64,000 nt of DNA, taken from assembly GCA_025465465.1 (NCBI GenBank), contig JAODND010000034.1, forward strand, positions 8,099 through 72,098, in the 5' to 3' direction. The position numbers were made by a program, and so were the translations under genes. Numbering within the stretch: the first letter of the stretch is position 1; each line of letters starts with the position of its first letter. The notes below the pieces were generated by a model that saw nothing but the letters and a program-made list of their open reading frames with translations, was not told the DNA's origin and searched no databases. The DNA is from Frankiales bacterium (GTDB lineage: Bacteria; Actinomycetota; Actinomycetes; Mycobacteriales; SCTD01). This document shows, in pieces, positions 17,293 to 26,675 of the stretch.

Positions 17293-18468
17293 GTGATCGG
17301 CTGGCTCGACGCCTCGGCGGGCGCGAGCGGCGACATGCTGCTCGGTGCGCTCGTCGACGCCGGGGTGCCGCTGCAGGTCCTCACCGACGCGGTCGACGCC
17401 CTCGGGCTCGACATCCGGTTCGAGGTGTCGCAGGTCGAGCGGGGAGGCATCGGGGCGACCTACGTCGACGTGCTGACCCGCGACGACCAGGTGTCCAGGT
17501 CCTGGCGCGACGTGCAGCGGCTGGTGTCCGGCACGGCGCACGACGTCTTCGCGCGGCTGGCCCATGCCGAGGCGACGATCCACCGGGTGCCGGTCGAGGA
17601 GGTGCACTTCCACGAGGTCGGCGCACACGACGCGCTGGCCGACGTCGTGGGGGCGGTCGCCGGCTTCGCCCACCTCGGCCTGACCGCGCTGCACTGCTCC
17701 ACGGTGTCGCTCGGGAGCGGGACGACCCGGGGCGCGCACGGCCCGCTGCCCGTCCCGGCACCGGCGGTCCTCGCGCTGCTCGCGGGCGTCCCCGTCCAGG
17801 CCGGCCTCGCGCCGTACGAGATGACGACGCCGACCGGTGCCGCACTCCTGGCGACGCTGGTGACCGACTGGGGACCGCTACCGGCCATGCGACCGACGAC
17901 GACGGGCCACGGCGCCGGCACCCGCGACCCGCGAGAGGTCGCGAACGTGCTGCGCCTGACCGTCGGAGAGCTGCTCGCCGGACCGGCCAGCGCCGTCCTG
18001 CTCGAGACCAACGTCGACGACCTGGACCCGCGGCTGTGGCCGCACGTCCTGGAGCTGCTGCTCGCCGACGGTGCGCAGGATGCCTGGCTCACCCCGATCC
18101 TCATGAAGAAAGGCCGGCCGGCGCACACGCTGTCCGTCCTCTGCGACGCGCAGGACACCGATCGACTGCGCACCAGGGTCTTCCGCGAGACCAGCACGAT
18201 CGGCCTGCGCGAGACCATCCTCGGCAAGCACGCCCTGGAGCGCACCGAGTCCACGGCGTACGTCGACGGGCAGCCGATCCGGGTCAAGACGGCCTGGCTC
18301 GACGGCCGACCCGTCAACGCCAACCCGGAGTGGGCCGACATCGTGGCCGCGGCTGCGGCGCTGGGACGCCCGGCGAAGCAGCTGCTCGAGGAGGCCAGGC
18401 GTCAGACCGCGACGAAGAACCCGACGGCACCCGCACCGTCCGACAGCGGCACCCCGACGACGTCATAG
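17293..18468 (+). CDS. larC: nickel insertion protein LarC (DUF111)
   Basis: From GTG 17293: VIGWLDASAGASGDMLLGALVDAGVP...HFHEVGAHDALADVVG...MTTPTGAALLATL...ETNVDDLDPRLW is canonical LarC. Confidence 0.85.
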   Translation: MIGWLDASAGASGDMLLGALVDAGVPLQVLTDAVDALGLDIRFEVSQVERGGIGATYVDVLTRDDQVSRSWRDVQRLVSGTAHDVFARLAHAEATIHRVPVEEVHFHEVGAHDALADVVGAVAGFAHLGLTALHCSTVSLGSGTTRGAHGPLPVPAPAVLALLAGVPVQAGLAPYEMTTPTGAALLATLVTDWGPLPAMRPTTTGHGAGTRDPREVANVLRLTVGELLAGPASAVLLETNVDDLDPRLWPHVLELLLADGAQDAWLTPILMKKGRPAHTLSVLCDAQDTDRLRTRVFRETSTIGLRETILGKHALERTESTAYVDGQPIRVKTAWLDGRPVNANPEWADIVAAAAALGRPAKQLLEEARRQTATKNPTAPAPSDSGTPTTS

Positions 18469-18866
18469 CTGCGCAGGCCGACGCCAGCACGCAGCCGCAC
18501 GAGGCCGCGATGGAGCCGACGCGTGACGACCGCCCGCAGCGGCGCCAGCTGCACGTCGGGGTCCTCGACGGGAACCGCCGATGCTGAGAAGTCGACGACC
18601 TCGACCAGGTCCAGCAGCATCGCACCGGCAACCGCGGCCGGGTCCAGACCGAGCAGCTCGCCGCCGGAAGCGCTCAGGGCGATGAGCCGGCCGGACGCGT
18701 CCACGAGCAGCATCGCCTCAGCCGCCGTCCGGACGCGGGCTGCCCAGTCGTCGAGCAGCGGCGCGCCGTCGAGGTGCAGCGTCCGCCGGACCGGTTCGGG
18801 CTGCGCGGCGACAGCGGGCCGCGACGGCTCCGAGGAGAGTCGTCGCAGCGGGAGGAGAAGGCTCAC
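18402..18866 (-). CDS. hypothetical protein with PAS-like segment
   Basis: 154-aa ORF divergent from arcA. AMLLVDASGRLIALSASGGELLGLDPAAVAGAMLLDLV resembles a PAS core. Its 3' end overlaps the larC 3' end by 67 nt. Confidence 0.45.
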   Translation of the reverse strand: MSLLLPLRRLSSEPSRPAVAAQPEPVRRTLHLDGAPLLDDWAARVRTAAEAMLLVDASGRLIALSASGGELLGLDPAAVAGAMLLDLVEVVDFSASAVPVEDPDVQLAPLRAVVTRRLHRGLVRLRAGVGLRSYDVVGVPLSDGAGAVGFFVAV

Positions 18867-18900
18867 CGGCCAAGCCTAGATCGCCACCTACCCTGGGGCC

Positions 18901-20100
18901 ATGGGAGTGACGAGCGAGGTCGGTCGGCTGCGGACGGTGCTGCTGCACCGGCCCGGCGCCGAGCTCTCGCGCCTCACCCCGCGCAACAGCGCCGACCTGC
19001 TCTTCGACGGGGTGCCGTGGGTCGGGCGGGCGCAGGAAGAGCACGACGCGTTCGCGCAGCAGCTCCGCGACCGGGGCGTCGAGGTGCTGTACCTGCAGCG
19101 GCTCCTGACCGAGGCGCTCGACGTGGCCGAGGCGCGGGCCGAGGCGGTGCACAGCGCCGTGGCCCCCACGCTCGTCGGCCCCTCGCTCGCGACCTCGCTG
19201 CGGTCGTGGTTGCTCGACCTGCCCTCCGACGAGCTCGCCGAGCACCTCATCGCCGGTCTCACCCACGACGAGCTGCCGGCCTCCGGCCCGGAGGGCGTGG
19301 TCGCCCGGATGGCCGGACCGTCGGAGTTCGTGGTGCCGCCACTGCCCAACGTGCTGTTCACCCGCGACTCGAGCGTCTGGGTCGATGACCAGGTGGCGAT
19401 CGCCAGCCCATCGATGCGGGCGCGGCAACGAGAGGCGTCGCTGACCCGCGCGATCTACAGCCACCACCCGCGGTTCGCCGATGCCCAGCTGCTCTACGGC
19501 GCGAGCCACGACGAGGCCTGGTTCGAGGGCGGCGACGTGCTCCTGCTGGCACCTGGGGTGGTCGCGGTGGGTGTCGGTCAGCGGACGACACCCGCGGGGG
19601 CGGAAGCCTTCGCCCTCAGGGCCTTTGCCGCCGGTGTCGCGCACACCGTGCTGGCGGTGCCGATCGCGCAGGAGCGCGCCACGATGCACCTCGACACCAT
19701 CTGCACGATGGTCGCCGCCGACGCCGTGGTGATGTTCCCGGCGGTCGCCGACTCGCTGTCCGCGTGGACGATCACCGCTGACGCCATCCTGGGTCCGTCG
19801 CCGTTCCTCATCGCCGCGGCGAAGGCGATGGAGCTCGACGAGCTGCGGGTCGTCGACACCGGCCTGGACCCGGTCACCGCCGAACGCGAGCAGTGGGACG
19901 ACGGCAACAACACCCTCGCCCTCGCGCCGGGTCTGGTCGTCGCCTACGAGCGCAACGTCGTCACGAACCAGGCACTCGAGGCAGCAGGGATCGACGTCGT
20001 GCGGATCGCCGGCTCCGAGCTCGGCAGCGGACGTGGCGGTCCGCGCTGCATGTCCTGCCCCGTGGAGCGCGAGCCCGTCGTAGGACCATTGACCGATTGA
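18901..20100 (+). CDS. arcA: arginine deiminase
   Basis: 399 aa. [27 protein letters not shown]...NVLFTRDSS...[10 protein letters not shown]...[12 protein letters not shown] contains the catalytic Cys motif. Confidence 0.93.
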   Translation: MGVTSEVGRLRTVLLHRPGAELSRLTPRNSADLLFDGVPWVGRAQEEHDAFAQQLRDRGVEVLYLQRLLTEALDVAEARAEAVHSAVAPTLVGPSLATSLRSWLLDLPSDELAEHLIAGLTHDELPASGPEGVVARMAGPSEFVVPPLPNVLFTRDSSVWVDDQVAIASPSMRARQREASLTRAIYSHHPRFADAQLLYGASHDEAWFEGGDVLLLAPGVVAVGVGQRTTPAGAEAFALRAFAAGVAHTVLAVPIAQERATMHLDTICTMVAADAVVMFPAVADSLSAWTITADAILGPSPFLIAAAKAMELDELRVVDTGLDPVTAEREQWDDGNNTLALAPGLVVAYERNVVTNQALEAAGIDVVRIAGSELGSGRGGPRCMSCPVEREPVVGPLTD

Positions 20101-20132
20101 ACCGAGGGGGCGCGGAGCGCGATGGTCTGGGC

Positions 20133-20561
20133 ATGGACCCTTTGCGACGCAGTCCGCTCTCGCTGGTGCTGGCGGTGCTGACCGCTGCCGGGCTGGCCTA
20201 CGACGCGAAGGTGCACCTGCACCTCGCCAAGACCTACGACCCGGTCGGCGGTTCGATCACGCAGGGCGGCCTGTTCCGGGTCGAGGCCGTCGTCGCGATC
20301 CTCGTCGCCCTCGCCGTGCTGGTGTCCGACCGGCGGCTCGTCTGGGCCGCGGCGGGCCTGACGGGAGTCGCGGGTGTCGCCGCGGTCCTGCTGTACCGCT
20401 ACGTCGACGTGGGGTCGATCGGTCCGATCCCCAACATGTACGAGCCGGTGTGGTTCGGGGAGAAGACGCACTCGGCCATCGCGGAAGGCCTGGTGGCCGT
20501 CCTCTGGCTGGTGCGCGAGGGCCTGCGGCTACGGCGCCGGGCGACCGCTACCGCAAGGTGA
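20133..20561 (+). CDS. small integral membrane protein (4 predicted TM)
   Basis: From ATG 20133: MDPLRRSPLSLVLAVLTAAGLAYDAKVHLHL..., with four hydrophobic stretches. Confidence 0.5.
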   Translation: MDPLRRSPLSLVLAVLTAAGLAYDAKVHLHLAKTYDPVGGSITQGGLFRVEAVVAILVALAVLVSDRRLVWAAAGLTGVAGVAAVLLYRYVDVGSIGPIPNMYEPVWFGEKTHSAIAEGLVAVLWLVREGLRLRRRATATAR

Positions 20562-21396
20562 GCTGCCGGTTCACCAGGCCCTGGCGGGCCCGTCGGCTCT
20601 CGCTGGTCAGGCCCGTCTCGGCGAGGGCGGCGTCCAGCCGTGCACCCCAGGCCCGGGCGGGCTCCTCGATCTCGTCGGCCACGGTCTCGAGCGGCAGGTC
20701 CCAGACGGGCACAAGCAGGCCGTGTGCCCGGAACGAGCCGACGTACCGGGTGCCGTCGCCGAGTCCGAGGCCGCCGGCGACCGACATCCGGGCCAGGGCG
20801 TCGAGCAGCCGCTCCTCCTCATGGGGCAGCACCCATCGCAGGTGCGAGCGCTCGCGCATCCGGCACCAGTAGGCGCTTCGCACCGACGCGAGCCGGGCCG
20901 TCGGGACCACTGTCGCGTTGGCCCGCTCCATCGACGCGGCGACCTCGCCGTCCGGGTCGTCGGCGCCCTCGACCCAGAAGTCGAACCCGCTGTGGATCGT
21001 GATGTCGAGCGGTGCGTCGCTCAGCAGGTCCTGCAGCCGCGCCCCGGGACCGGGCAGGTCGGTCATCGCCACCGAGGAGCCGGGGGCGGCGGCGACGACC
21101 AGCTCGAGCACCGCAGCGAGGTCGCGCGAGGCGTCACCGGAGCGGGACGCGACCTGCAGCCCGAGGTAGCGCAAGCCATCGGCCCGGACCATGCCTGGCC
21201 ACGCCAGCGGGAGCACCGTCGACAGGATGACCGGAGTGCCGTCCTTCAGCGACAGCGGGGCAGTGGCGGCCGGGACGACCTCGCGCAGCGCGACCCAGTC
21301 GGTCTCGTCCGGCAGCCCCTCGAAGGGTCTGGCGACGAAGGGCGTACGGGCCTGCTTGTCGGGCTTGTTGGCGGCGTTCTTGCGACGGCTGCTCAC
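20548..21396 (-). CDS. DUF5926-like conserved actinobacterial protein
   Basis: 282 aa with a basic N-terminus (MSSRRKNAANKPDKQARTPFVARPFEGLPDETDWVALREVVPAATAPL). The family name is recalled from memory and not verified. Confidence 0.65.
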   Translation of the reverse strand: MSSRRKNAANKPDKQARTPFVARPFEGLPDETDWVALREVVPAATAPLSLKDGTPVILSTVLPLAWPGMVRADGLRYLGLQVASRSGDASRDLAAVLELVVAAAPGSSVAMTDLPGPGARLQDLLSDAPLDITIHSGFDFWVEGADDPDGEVAASMERANATVVPTARLASVRSAYWCRMRERSHLRWVLPHEEERLLDALARMSVAGGLGLGDGTRYVGSFRAHGLLVPVWDLPLETVADEIEEPARAWGARLDAALAETGLTSESRRARQGLVNRQLTLR

Positions 21397-21408
21397 AAGC
21401 CGAACAGC

Positions 21409-22218
21409 CTATTGCGCCTCGGCGAGCTGGCGGAGGACCCGACGCGGGTGGTTGCTGATCACGGCGTCGACCCCCAGCGCCAGCACCATGGCGATGTCAG
21501 CCTCGGAGTCCACCGTCCAGACGTGCACGCGGTTGCCGGCGGCATGCACCCTCTCGACGTAGCCGGGGTGGGCCCGCAGCACCTCGAGGGACGGCCCGGC
21601 GATGCCGACCCGCGGCGGCAGGGTCCCGTCCCGATAGCGCAACGGCACCCGCGACATCAGCAGCACGGTCGGGATCGAGGGCGCCATCGCATGCACCCGG
21701 CGCAGCGATGTGGGAGCGAACGACATGACCGTCACCCGCGATGCGGAGCGGGTCAGCGGCTGCGCCAGCCCATACCGGTCGAGCAGGTCGACGAGTGACC
21801 TCTCGACGAGGCCGCCGTAGCGGGTGGGGTGCTTGGTCTCGATGTGCAGCTGCACCGGGCGGTCGCTGTCGAGTGCCAGCTGCAGCAACCGCTCCAGGGT
21901 GAGGACCGTGCTGCCATCGGTGTCCGGCTCCTCCCAGGACGCCTCGAGCAGCGGGTCGTGGTCGCGCTGCTTCCAGCTCGCGAAGTCGAGCTCGGACAGC
22001 TCCGACAGCTCGAGCGTCGACACGACCCCACGGCCGTCACTGGTCCTGTCGACCCGGCGGTCGTGCACGCACACGAGCACGCCGTCCCGGGTCAGCCGGA
22101 CGTCGCACTCCAAGGCGTCCGCGCCGTCGACCACGGCCTTCTCGTAGGCCGTCAGCGTGTGCTCGGCATGATCGCCGCTCGCGCCGCGGTGGGCCACGAC
22201 GAGGGTCACGGAGGCCAC
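21409..22218 (-). CDS. glycerophosphodiester phosphodiesterase
   Basis: VVAHRGASGDHAEHTLTAYEKAVVDGADALECDVRLTRDGVLVCVHD is the GDPD catalytic motif. Confidence 0.9.
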   Translation of the reverse strand: MASVTLVVAHRGASGDHAEHTLTAYEKAVVDGADALECDVRLTRDGVLVCVHDRRVDRTSDGRGVVSTLELSELSELDFASWKQRDHDPLLEASWEEPDTDGSTVLTLERLLQLALDSDRPVQLHIETKHPTRYGGLVERSLVDLLDRYGLAQPLTRSASRVTVMSFAPTSLRRVHAMAPSIPTVLLMSRVPLRYRDGTLPPRVGIAGPSLEVLRAHPGYVERVHAAGNRVHVWTVDSEADIAMVLALGVDAVISNHPRRVLRQLAEAQ

Positions 22219-22245
22219 CAGACCATGGTGCCGGAAACCACGGCG

Positions 22246-23196
22246 TCAGGCGCGCTTTCGCACCAACGGGTCCTGCCCGTTCACGACGTCGACGACCGGC
22301 AGGCCGTCCAGCACGCGCACCAGGTTGGCCTTGGACTGCGCCACGATGCGCATCGCGGCCTCGACCGTGGAGCCCGCCATGTGCGGTGAGAGCAGCAGCC
22401 CCTCGGCCTGCCGCAGACTGGAGTCCTCGGGCAGCGGCTCGACGGCATAGACGTCCGTCGCGGCGGTCAGTCGGCCCTCGGCCAGGGCGTGGAGCAGGGC
22501 CAGCTCCTCCACGACCTCGCCACGCGCACCGTTGATGAGGACGGCTCCCGGCTTCATGGTGGCGAGGAACGAGGTGTCGACGAGACCGCGGGTCTGGTCG
22601 CCCAGTGCGATGACCAGGACCACGACGTCGCTGGTCGAGGCGAGCTGGTGCAGAGACTCGGCCGGCACGGGGGCGTCGGGATGCGCACTGCGCGACCAGT
22701 ACACGACCTGACAGCCGACCGCCGTGTAGAGCTCGGCGGCCGCGCGGCCGATCGCGCCCATGCCGATGATGCCGACCTTGAGGCCGCGCAGCTCGCGGCC
22801 CCCCAGCGACGTCTGCGGCCATTCACCGCGGCGCACCGCCTGGTCCGCATCGACCGTCTTGCGCAGCAGCGCGAGGGTCGCCGACAGGCACCACTCGGCG
22901 ACGCTGACGGCGTTCGCGCCGGCGCAGTTCGACACCGGTACGCGGGCAGCACTGCAGGCGTCGAGGTCGATGCCGTCGACGCCGGCGCTCGGCTGCTGCA
23001 CGAAGCAGACCCGCTGTCCCGGGTCGCGCACGGAAAGCTGCGGGGTCCAGTCACCCAGCACCAGGTCGACCTCCGGGAGCAGCGCGTCGACGTGCTCCTG
23101 GGTGCGGACCGGAGGCATCACGACCTCGAGCCGTGGGTCGCCGAACAGCGTCCGGAGCAGTTCGTAGGGCAGCGGCGGGAGGGCGAGCAGCCTCAC
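22246..23196 (-). CDS. D-isomer-specific 2-hydroxyacid dehydrogenase family protein
   Basis: GTG 23196 overlaps the upstream TGA (GTGA). LKVGIIGMGAIGRAAAE (GxGxxG), INGARGEVV, and LSPHMAGST. Confidence 0.85.
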   Translation of the reverse strand: MRLLALPPLPYELLRTLFGDPRLEVVMPPVRTQEHVDALLPEVDLVLGDWTPQLSVRDPGQRVCFVQQPSAGVDGIDLDACSAARVPVSNCAGANAVSVAEWCLSATLALLRKTVDADQAVRRGEWPQTSLGGRELRGLKVGIIGMGAIGRAAAELYTAVGCQVVYWSRSAHPDAPVPAESLHQLASTSDVVVLVIALGDQTRGLVDTSFLATMKPGAVLINGARGEVVEELALLHALAEGRLTAATDVYAVEPLPEDSSLRQAEGLLLSPHMAGSTVEAAMRIVAQSKANLVRVLDGLPVVDVVNGQDPLVRKRA

Positions 23197-23702
23197 GAGC
23201 CGGCGACTCCGGCGAGGCGTGCTGTGAGCCGAGCGGGGTCGATGCTGCAGGCCTGGTCGAGGCCGAGCACCTGCATGAACCGGCCCATCGCGAGGTACTT
23301 GCCGACGACGAGGGCGAGGTCGGTGAGGCCGGCGGTCCCGAGCTGCCGCTCGAGGTCGGCGAGCAGCTCGTCGTCGATCGCGGTGCTGTCGGTGCAGAAG
23401 AGCTCTGTGAAGCGCAGCGCCTGCTTCTCGAGGGCGGTGAAGCGCGGGCTGGCGGCGAAGCCGGCGACCTCGGCGAGCGTCTCCTCGTCGAGTCCGCTGT
23501 CGGGTCGGCGAAACTCCAGGCACGTCGCGCACTGGTTGATGGTGGCGATCCGGAAGCGGACCAGCTCGTGCAGCCGTGGGTCGATCGGGCTGGCGGCGAG
23601 GGCCTTCTCGTAGCCGAGGACCACCTCGACGAAGTGCGGCGCCGCCATCAGCGCCTTCGCGACGTCGAGCCCGTCGCCCTCGGGCAGGTCGATCCGTGCC
23701 AT
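23193..23702 (-). CDS. carboxymuconolactone decarboxylase (AhpD-like) family protein
   Basis: 169 aa. LHELVRFRIATINQCATCLEFR carries the CxxC of the CMD/AhpD fold. Confidence 0.8.
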   Translation of the reverse strand: MARIDLPEGDGLDVAKALMAAPHFVEVVLGYEKALAASPIDPRLHELVRFRIATINQCATCLEFRRPDSGLDEETLAEVAGFAASPRFTALEKQALRFTELFCTDSTAIDDELLADLERQLGTAGLTDLALVVGKYLAMGRFMQVLGLDQACSIDPARLTARLAGVAGS

Positions 23703-23753
23703 CCGCGTCTCCCTTTGGTCACTGCTGCGAACGGTACGCGATCTTCCCGATCG

Positions 23754-24614
23754 TCACTTGAGCAGCCGGGACATCCTGCGGTCGGCCAGCGGCTTGCCCT
23801 CTGTCTGGCAGGTGGCGCAGTACTGCAGCGACGTGGTGGCGAACGACACCTCACGGACCTCGTCGCCGCAGCGCGGGCACGGCAGCCCGGTGCGGCCATG
23901 GACGTTGAGGTTGCTCTTCTTCTCGGCCTTGAGCTCCCCGGCGGCGGTGCCCGCCGACCTCTCCACCGCAGCGCGCAGGATCTGCTGGATCGCGGCGTGC
24001 AGCTTCTCGACGTCCTCCGGGGTGAGGTTGCCGGCCGGCTTGAACGGCGACATCCTCACCTCCCACAGCACCTCGTCGCTGTAGGCGTTGCCCAGGCCGG
24101 CGATGAGCGACTGATCGGTCAGCACGCCCTTGACCTGGGCGCGGACACCGGCGAACAGCTCGCCGAGCCGGTGGGCGGTGAACTCCTCCGACAGCGGGTC
24201 GACGCCGAGTCGCGCGACCCCGGGCACCTCGGCCGCGTCCCGGACGATGTACACCGCCAGCCGCTTCTGGGTGCCGGCCTCGGTGAGGTCGAAGCCGGAG
24301 CCGTCATCGAGGTGGACGCGCACGCCGATCGGGCCCTTGCCCATCCGCGGCGGCGCCGGGGGCAGCGCGTCACGCCAGTGCAGCCAGCCGGCCCGGGCGA
24401 GGTGCGTGACGAGGTGCAGGCCGCTGACGTCGAGGTCGAGGAACTTGCCGTGTCGGGCTGCCCCGGTGATCTCGAGCCCGGCCAGCGACGTGGGTGACGG
24501 GTCGTAGGTCTTGAGCACGTGGATGCCGGGCACGTCGACGCGGGCGACGACCCGCCCGACGGCGTGGTCGCGCAGGAAGGTCACGAGGGACTCGACCTCG
24601 GGCAGCTCGGGCAC
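23754..24614 (-). CDS. Fpg/Nei family DNA glycosylase (formamidopyrimidine-DNA glycosylase / endonuclease VIII-like)
   Basis: The MPELPEVE N-terminus provides the catalytic Pro2/Glu3. H2TH region. C-terminal zinc finger CPRCGDEVREVSFATTSLQYCATCQ. Confidence 0.9.
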   Translation of the reverse strand: MPELPEVESLVTFLRDHAVGRVVARVDVPGIHVLKTYDPSPTSLAGLEITGAARHGKFLDLDVSGLHLVTHLARAGWLHWRDALPPAPPRMGKGPIGVRVHLDDGSGFDLTEAGTQKRLAVYIVRDAAEVPGVARLGVDPLSEEFTAHRLGELFAGVRAQVKGVLTDQSLIAGLGNAYSDEVLWEVRMSPFKPAGNLTPEDVEKLHAAIQQILRAAVERSAGTAAGELKAEKKSNLNVHGRTGLPCPRCGDEVREVSFATTSLQYCATCQTEGKPLADRRMSRLLK

Positions 24615-24660
24615 ACGATCACGCTAACTCGCACGGAGCGCGCGGGGCTACGGTGCCCGC

Positions 24661-25395
24661 GTGGACGAGCGCGAGTTCCTCAAGGCGTACGACCCGCACG
24701 CCTTCCCCCCGTTCGCGGTCACGGTCGACGTCGTCCTGCTGACGGTGCGCGAGGGCGTGCTGTCCGTGCTGCTCGTCGAGCGTGAGACCCATCCGTTCCG
24801 CGGTCGGCTCGCGCTGCCCGGCGGGTTCGTGCAGGTCGACGAGGACCTGGAGGCCGCCGCGGTCCGACGCCTCGCGCAGGAGACCGGTGTCCGGCGCGAC
24901 GGTGATTCGGTGGGAGCCCACGTCGAGCAGCTCGGCGCCTTCGGAGACCCGCACCGCGACCCGCGGATGCGCGTCGTGTCCGTGCCGTACCTGGTGTTCG
25001 CTCCCGACCTGCCCGCGCCGACGCCCGGCTCCGGTGCGTCGTGGGTGGCGTGGGTACCGGTCCGTGCGGTCGAGACCGACCGGCTGGCGTTCGACCACGC
25101 CGCGGTGCTCGGCGCCGGGGTCGAACGGGCCAGGGCCAAGCTCGAGTACTCACCCGTGGCGGCGGCGTTCTGCACCGAGGAGTTCACGGTCGCCGACCTC
25201 CGCCGGGTCTACGAGGCGGTCTGGGGCGTGCCGCTCGACCCGCGCAACTTCCACCGCAAGACCACCGGCACGCCGGGGTTCCTCGTCCCCGTCGGTCGCG
25301 ACTCGGTGCCCGGACCCGGCGGCGGTCGCCCGGCCGCGCTCTACCGCCGGGGCGACGCCCAGCTGCTGCACCCGGCGATGCTGCGGCCGCACTGA
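24661..25395 (+). CDS. NUDIX hydrolase with C-terminal winged-helix (NrtR-like architecture)
   Basis: GTG start. Nudix box LPGGFVQVDEDLEAAAVRRLAQETGV. The C-terminal ~90 aa (FTVADLRRVYEAVWGVPLDPRNFHRK) resemble the NrtR wHTH. Confidence 0.8.
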   Translation: MDEREFLKAYDPHAFPPFAVTVDVVLLTVREGVLSVLLVERETHPFRGRLALPGGFVQVDEDLEAAAVRRLAQETGVRRDGDSVGAHVEQLGAFGDPHRDPRMRVVSVPYLVFAPDLPAPTPGSGASWVAWVPVRAVETDRLAFDHAAVLGAGVERARAKLEYSPVAAAFCTEEFTVADLRRVYEAVWGVPLDPRNFHRKTTGTPGFLVPVGRDSVPGPGGGRPAALYRRGDAQLLHPAMLRPH

Positions 25396-25399
25396 CCTG

Positions 25400-25432
25400 G
25401 GTGGCCGGGCGGTGAACGCCTGACGAACACCT
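25400..25432. promoter_or_regulatory. candidate PHO-box array upstream of senX3 (3 units, 11-nt phasing, GGTGAAC orientation)
   Basis: GGTGGCCgggc GGTGAACgcct GACGAACacct, with cores at 25400, 25411 and 25422. GGTGAAC is the reverse complement of the GTTCACC core seen upstream of pstS. Confidence 0.5.
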
Positions 25433-25478
25433 CGCCGGGAGGGGTCGGGCGCGCGCTACCGCCCCTAGCATCGACCAC

Positions 25479-26675
25479 GTGGACACCACGTCGGTGGTGC
25501 TGGCTGCCGCCAGCGGCCTGGGAGGTGTGGCCCTCGGGGCGTACCTCGTGGTCGCGCTGCGCCCTCGCGACCGCGGTCCAGCGCTCGCGCCGGCCAGTGG
25601 CAACGCCCACGGGCCGACGGCCGCCGAGGTCCTCGAGGCGCTTCCCGTCGCGGTGCTCATCGTCGACGTGGCCGAGGAGGTGCTGCTCGGCAACCGGGCC
25701 GCTCGCGACCTGGGACTCGTCCGCGAGGGGGTGCTCGCGGCGCTGCCCCAGCTGCGCAGGCTGGTTCGGGACACCCGGGTGCACGGCAAGCCGCATGATG
25801 CCGAGCTCGAGTCGCCGCTCGTACGGCCGGGCCGGCCGCCCGCCGTCTACCGCGCCCGGCTGGCGCCGGTCGGGGACGGCACCGTCGCCGTGCTGCTCGA
25901 GGACGTCACCGATGCGCGCCGGCTCGAGGACGTCCGGCGGGACTTCGTCGCCAACGTGTCGCACGAGCTGAAGACCCCCGCGGCCGCCCTCGGCCTGCTC
26001 AGCGAGGCGCTGCAGGACGCCGCCGACGACCCGCAGGCGGTCCGGACCTTCGCGGCCCGGTCGCAGAAGGAGTCGCGGCGACTCGGCTCGCTCGTCCAGG
26101 ACCTGGTCGCGCTCTCGCGCCTCGAAGGCGCCGAGCGGCACCCGGAGCCGGAGGTGGTCCGGCTCGACCGCACCATCGCCGAGGCCGTCGACCGCGTCCG
26201 CACCACCGCGCAGGCCCGCGGCATCACGGTCGTCCCCAGCGGTGACCACGGCATCCAGCTGTCCGGCAGCGAGGCCCAGCTGACGACGGCGCTGGGCAAT
26301 CTGCTGGAGAACGCCGTCAACTACAGCCCGGACAACGCCCGGGTCGTCATCGGCGCGCGCGTCGTCCAGGAGCAGGACGGTCGGGTCGTCGAGATCAACG
26401 TCGTCGACGAGGGGATCGGCATCAGCGCAAAGGATGCCGAGCGCGTCTTCGAGCGGTTCTATCGCGCGGACCCCGCGCGGTCGCGCGCGACCGGCGGGAC
26501 CGGCCTCGGGCTGGCCATCGTCAAGCACGTCGCCAGCAACCACGGCGGCACCGTCTCGGTGCGCAGCACCGAGGGGTACGGCTCCACCTTCACCTTGCGG
26601 CTCCCTGCCACCGAGTCCGCGTCCACCCGCCCGGCCCCCGCACCGCAGAGCGTTCCCGAGGAGACCCTGTCATGA
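25479..26675 (+). CDS. senX3: phosphate-sensing two-component histidine kinase
   Basis: N-terminal TM, a PAS-like segment, H-box FVANVSHELKTP, N/G boxes (NLLENAVNYS; DEGIGI; GGTGLGLAIVKH). Followed by regX3 with an ATGA overlap. Confidence 0.85.
   Translation: MDTTSVVLAAASGLGGVALGAYLVVALRPRDRGPALAPASGNAHGPTAAEVLEALPVAVLIVDVAEEVLLGNRAARDLGLVREGVLAALPQLRRLVRDTRVHGKPHDAELESPLVRPGRPPAVYRARLAPVGDGTVAVLLEDVTDARRLEDVRRDFVANVSHELKTPAAALGLLSEALQDAADDPQAVRTFAARSQKESRRLGSLVQDLVALSRLEGAERHPEPEVVRLDRTIAEAVDRVRTTAQARGITVVPSGDHGIQLSGSEAQLTTALGNLLENAVNYSPDNARVVIGARVVQEQDGRVVEINVVDEGIGISAKDAERVFERFYRADPARSRATGGTGLGLAIVKHVASNHGGTVSVRSTEGYGSTFTLRLPATESASTRPAPAPQSVPEETLS

Noticed and set aside
18402-18468. 67-nt convergent overlap between the larC 3' end and the PAS-like ORF 3' end.
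   Set aside because: It could be biologically real. It is more simply explained by a low-complexity larC tail (..TATKNPTAPAPSDSGTPTTS) or by an over-extended end of the weakly supported 154-aa ORF. There is not enough evidence to call it antisense regulation.
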